DNA of 64,000 nt from an uncultured virus (IMG/VR IMGVR_UViG_2061766007_000671) (taxonomy: Duplodnaviria; Heunggongvirae; Uroviricota; Caudoviricetes). Position 1 is the first letter of the stretch, and each line of letters starts with the position of its first letter. Location: the IMG/VR virus record IMGVR_UViG_2061766007_000671. One strand, given 5' to 3'. Below the pieces are notes generated by a model, which was given only the letters and a program-made list of their open reading frames with translations, was not told the DNA's origin and made no database searches. Shown piece after piece: positions 59,851-64,000 of the stretch. The position numbers and the translations under genes are program-made.

Positions 59851-62800
59851 AGATTACCCTCCCTTTCGGTATGTAGCAGTTGTAGTAGTCTTTTATTTCT
59901 GGACTCCACGCGGCTCTGGACAGCAACTGATTCGTGCGCTTTCTGCGGATTTCCACGATCTCGCCAAGCTCTGCCCTTCCGTATTTCATGGCGGCTTTAC
60001 AGGCGCTTGTGGTTTCCACCTCGTACTCTCGCCCCAAACTGCTGTTGCTCCAGATAACGCATCTGTATTTTGGCATAGATTCTCTCCTTTCTTCAGCACA
60101 CGATGTGTTCGCTGTGGTATCTGCGGATTGCCCTCCTCGGGTCTTTCAGCCCGCGCAGAGAAAACTGGCATGTCCCAAGGATCTGCCGCCTTGTGCCTCT
60201 CTTGAGGTCGATAAAGAACAGCCCTTCGCCGTCGCTGTTGGTGCAGTAGTAGTGAGTCACATACCAGTCACCGCTCGTACTTTTCCCGTTCGTCCACGAG
60301 TGGTAGAACCATCTCCACTGCTTCCCGTCCTGTTCGTAGTGCAGAAAGTCGCCCATGTTTTTACACCTCCTGCCAAGCTGCGATAGAGTATCCGACGGAG
60401 ATTGCGTTAAGGTGGTCGCGCAAATCCTGGATGTCTTCAAACGTGCGTGTGTACTCGCTGCGGTCAAAAGTCGTCTTATCCAACTGCACTTTGTGGTTAA
60501 TGGTCAGTTTCCAGTATCCATCGCCCCTTGTCACCGACGTATTAGTGCATCCGGTGGAATGCGCATCGAACCTCTCCACGTCTCTCTCAATTTCACTAAG
60601 AAAACCGATGATGTCACACAGTTCCATTTAATTATCTCCTTTCTCCTCGTTGCTCGTCAGCTCAGTCTCACTCCTGCGCAAAGCGCCATCAGCACAGTGA
60701 CCACAGCCACTACAATGTTTGCCGCCATACAGCCGCACTCCTTACTCATATTTGAACGTCACTTCGTGTCCCGGATTTTCAGTGACCAGCACACGCTGAG
60801 GTCATCAAGCATCATGTTGTTGTCCAGCGCCGCCTGCACCACGTCCACCAGCTTCTTGCCGTCAAGGTACGCCCACAGCGTCCTGCGTTTTCTCATGTTC
60901 TCACCTCCACATATAGGGGAACAACCCCCCGGCTTTGCGTCATGTAATATTGCACAAAGTTTTGCAGTTCTTCTTGTGCATTGCGGTGAATATTATTCAT
61001 CGGCATGCATCTCAATGGTGACGCTGTTGCTATTGGTATAGATAGCGTTCACCCCCAGATCCTCGTAGTCGGAGACGAATACCCAGTTGCCCCCGCCCAT
61101 GTGGTATTCCTCGCTCTCCTTCAACCCGTCCGTCCATCCTATCGTTTTTGTATCGATATGTCCGTCTTTGTACAGCTCGGCAAGAGTAACCTTTCCGCAG
61201 ATGCAGACGGACTTCATCAGTTCACCCAGGGTCATACAGATTCCTCCCAGCTGTCGTCCGTATGGACGATTTTTACCCCGGCTCTTTTGCAAGCTTCGTC
61301 ATTGACGAGAAGAACAACTGCGCCTGTCGCTGACGTTTCCAGCGAACAGACGCAGTCTCCTCTGTGCTTGCCAATGGCCAGTCCCTTTTCCCACCGGGTT
61401 GAGTAGAACGTCCCGGTATTCGTTTTCAGCCACAGCATTTGCACGTCTCCTTTCAGCTGATAATCTGCTCGATCACTTCCGTGGGGAGCTTTATGGTCTC
61501 ACCCTCATAGGTGAACCACGCATACCCCTCCGCAAAGCTTACGACGCTGCCCTCCTTACCCTCACCAAGGTCAAGGATGACAGCGTCATCTCCATCATGA
61601 TAGATGATGCACATTCTCGCACACCTCCTTTAAAATATTCCCTCATTGACGTAGAGAAACGACAGTTGGTACTGCGGAAGTAGGCCCGGTCTTCTATTTG
61701 CAACCCGAACGAATTTTGTGAGACTTTTGAGCATGTCGTCGAAGAGCTGTTCTTCCCAGTCCTTCGCGTTCCAGTCGATGTGCGCATGTCCTTCGTTGCC
61801 AATCAAATCGTCGGCGTATCCCCAGCTCTCCCAGTCGGTTCGCTTTTCCCCGCACTTGATGCAGATGAAGTAGTCGAGCATGGGTGTACACTCCTCGACC
61901 GTCTTGTTTTCTGCGTATACATCAGAGTTGATGTTCAACTCAATATCGATATAGCCAAGCTCAAGCATGGCAGTCCCTCGCAGTTCGCAGTTCGCGGCGG
62001 CATCAGCGTATTTATGAAGCTTACCTTCCGCGATTTCTTTTCGCAGGTCTTCACCGATTTCACAGTTGAAAATGCACGTCATTTCTGTATTCATCTCTAT
62101 ACCTCCTTATGACCAGAGCTTTCCATCAACGTACACCCAGTAGTCGCCGATGCTGTGCTGTCTCTCTGCGGCGTCCGCAGCCGCATCTACGTCGAACGCC
62201 CACACCTCGTAGGTCGCGGTGAGCTGTACCTCATACTTCCTGGGCTTGGGGATGTCGGGCTTGAATCCGTGCTCGGTGGCGTACAGGTACAGGGTCTCGG
62301 TCTCGTCGGCGGTGGACTCGTTGAAGAACCAGTCGTCGAAGTCCACGCTGTCGTCGAAGTGCTCGTTGTACCACTCCTCCACAATGGAGCGTGGGAAGTC
62401 CACCTCCATCATGTTGTCCGGGGTGTCGAAGAACGGATCGTCCAAATCCATGCGGCTCGTGTACTCCGGCACACTGGTCTTGTAAATCGTTACGGTCAGC
62501 ATCTCGTCTTTGCAGTTCTCCATCAGCATTCCACCTCCACAATTTCTGCTGTGCTTTTCCAGTACTTTGTGTTCTCCGGGTTCTTGTACGACCAGTTGCG
62601 CTTTGCGTCGCACAGACGGTCGTATCCGTGCAGACGGATTCCTCCCTCCCACAGAGGCATCTTGTTCCACACCGCGTGGTCTCCCTCAACGCCAAGCGTG
62701 ATGCCTCCCTTGCCGTAGTAATATACACAGGTCTCTCCCGCAAAACTCTCGTTCTCCGGCGTTGCCACGCTCGTCAACTTCACAATATATTTTACCAATC

Positions 62801-63971
62801 GTCTCCCTCCTCCCAACGCTCCGGGGGCAGAAGCTCCTGCCCAAAAAGGTTGTACCACTGCCCGCATCCGGGGCACTCACATGCACCCATGTACTCGTTG
62901 AACATGGGAAACTCTGCGCCGCATTCGCACAGACCGTAGGCGGGGTCTCTGTACGAATGTGTCTGCTTGATGACCTTGTTGAAGCGGACGTACTTCTCGG
63001 GGTGCGCCATAGCGGACTCCATGTTCCTTCGCCGTGCTTCGTCCACGGCATTGTGGTCAATGCTCGGGTGCTCCGGGGCGGGGAGAATGTTCCCGGCCTC
63101 GTCGCATGGGAAGCACAGCCCGTTGCCGCGCCCGTCATCAAAGACCAGTTCGTAGTAGGTTTCTTCCTTCCACTCGGACGGTGTGTAGCTCTTCAGCATG
63201 TTTGTGCAGACCTCCTATCAGATATCGAACACGGACAGATTCCATGAGTTTCCAAGCTCCGAATACACGCCGTGCTTATGGAGAAGCTCGTGGAATTCGT
63301 CCTCAACCTTGTACCCGTACCGCCCAAGGTAACCGTTCATTACATCGTAGAACGTACCCTCAAAGGTCATGGTCAAATACGGGCCGACATAGTCGCAGAC
63401 ACGATGTGGATCTACGTCGTGCAGTTCCACAAGGTGCTCCGGGTCGTTGTAGTAGTAATGTCCCTGTCCGTCCGAAGTGCTGTAGGCCATGCCGTTGAAG
63501 TAGATGGTCACGTCCACCCACATCTCATGGTCGAGCAGGAACTGTCGGATTTCCTTGGCAAGCTTACGAATCTGGGGCTTGGTCAGTTTCTTAGGCATCT
63601 TCATCGTCCTCCTCATCGTCGAATTCCCATTCCTTTGGGTAGTAGCCGCTGAGACTCTCTGCATTCACAGCGTCGGAGTACCAAGACTGGAAGTCAGAGC
63701 ACATGATGGCGTCGGCCATCTCGTCGGCATCGTTGAACTCCTCGACGAGTCCGGGGTATTCTCCCAGGCAGTAAATAGCCCGCGCATGGACAGCGTCGAT
63801 ATAGATTTGAAGCTCGTACTCAAAGCCGGGGTCGCCGTACTCTTCCACCTCTTCAGCGCGGACGGTGGTATACAGGAGCGGAATTCTTTTGGGATTCTCA
63901 AAGTCGCCCATGACTCCGTACTCCTTCATGCAGAAGTGGTCGATAGCGTCGCGCAGTTTCGGGTTTACCAT
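59834..63971 (-). other. cluster of about 12 small hypothetical early-type genes
   Basis: Tightly packed - strand ORFs with GGAGG/AGGAG RBSs (e.g. 60361-60627, 61630-62094, 62792-63199, 63218-63604, 63591-63971); no recognisable domains. Confidence 0.6.
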
Positions 63972-64000
63972 TTGCACATCTCCTTTCACTCCATAGGGAA

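Noticed and set aside
1..64000. Apparent frameshifts in yqaJ, dnaB, terS, portal, tail and tape measure genes
   Set aside because: Each coincides with an N run of uncertain length, so they are assembly artefacts and not evidence of recoding
1..64000. Genome-wide stop-codon reassignment (TAG or TAA to Gln)
   Set aside because: Long genes are open in code 11, TAA and TAG end normal genes, only two internal stops were found, and no CTA/TTA-anticodon tRNA was seen

Overview
A gapped (many N runs) 64-kb segment of a tailed dsDNA siphovirus-type phage. The host is probably a Clostridia/Bacillota bacterium, inferred from GGAGG-type RBSs, sigmaA-like promoters, a GH25 lysin and ImmA/ImmR-like genes. 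Order: (i) a structured non-coding/tRNA-like cluster (1-1050); (ii) small + strand hypotheticals; (iii) a damaged lysogeny switch (arm-like repeats, frameshifted ImmA-like protease, CI/ImmR-like repressor with an internal TAA, cro); (iv) recombination/replication genes (two ParB-like proteins, YqaJ, DUF1351, RecT/Bet, SSB, HNH-containing initiator, DnaB, DUF1064, dUTPase); (v) packaging/head genes (TerS, TerL with an in-frame TAG, portal, protease/scaffold, decoration protein, major capsid) interleaved with three free-standing homing endonucleases; (vi) holins, tRNA-Gln and a modular BspA/LRR fibre-like cassette; (vii) neck, tail, tape measure, baseplate and lysin genes; (viii) a TnpB-only IS200/IS605 element with a divergent RHH gene, inserted after the start codon of a LysM gene; (ix) a - strand arm of small early-type genes including a cysteine desulfurase, a Xer-like tyrosine recombinase and a sliding-clamp-like protein. 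Best leads: a tRNA-shaped RNA whose anticodon arm is replaced by a pseudoknot, a Phe-STOP-Phe possible ribosomal hop in TerL, the multiply damaged lysogeny module, and the TnpB/RHH/LysM arrangement. All calls come from reading motifs by eye, with no database searches. Frame changes across N runs are treated as gap artefacts.
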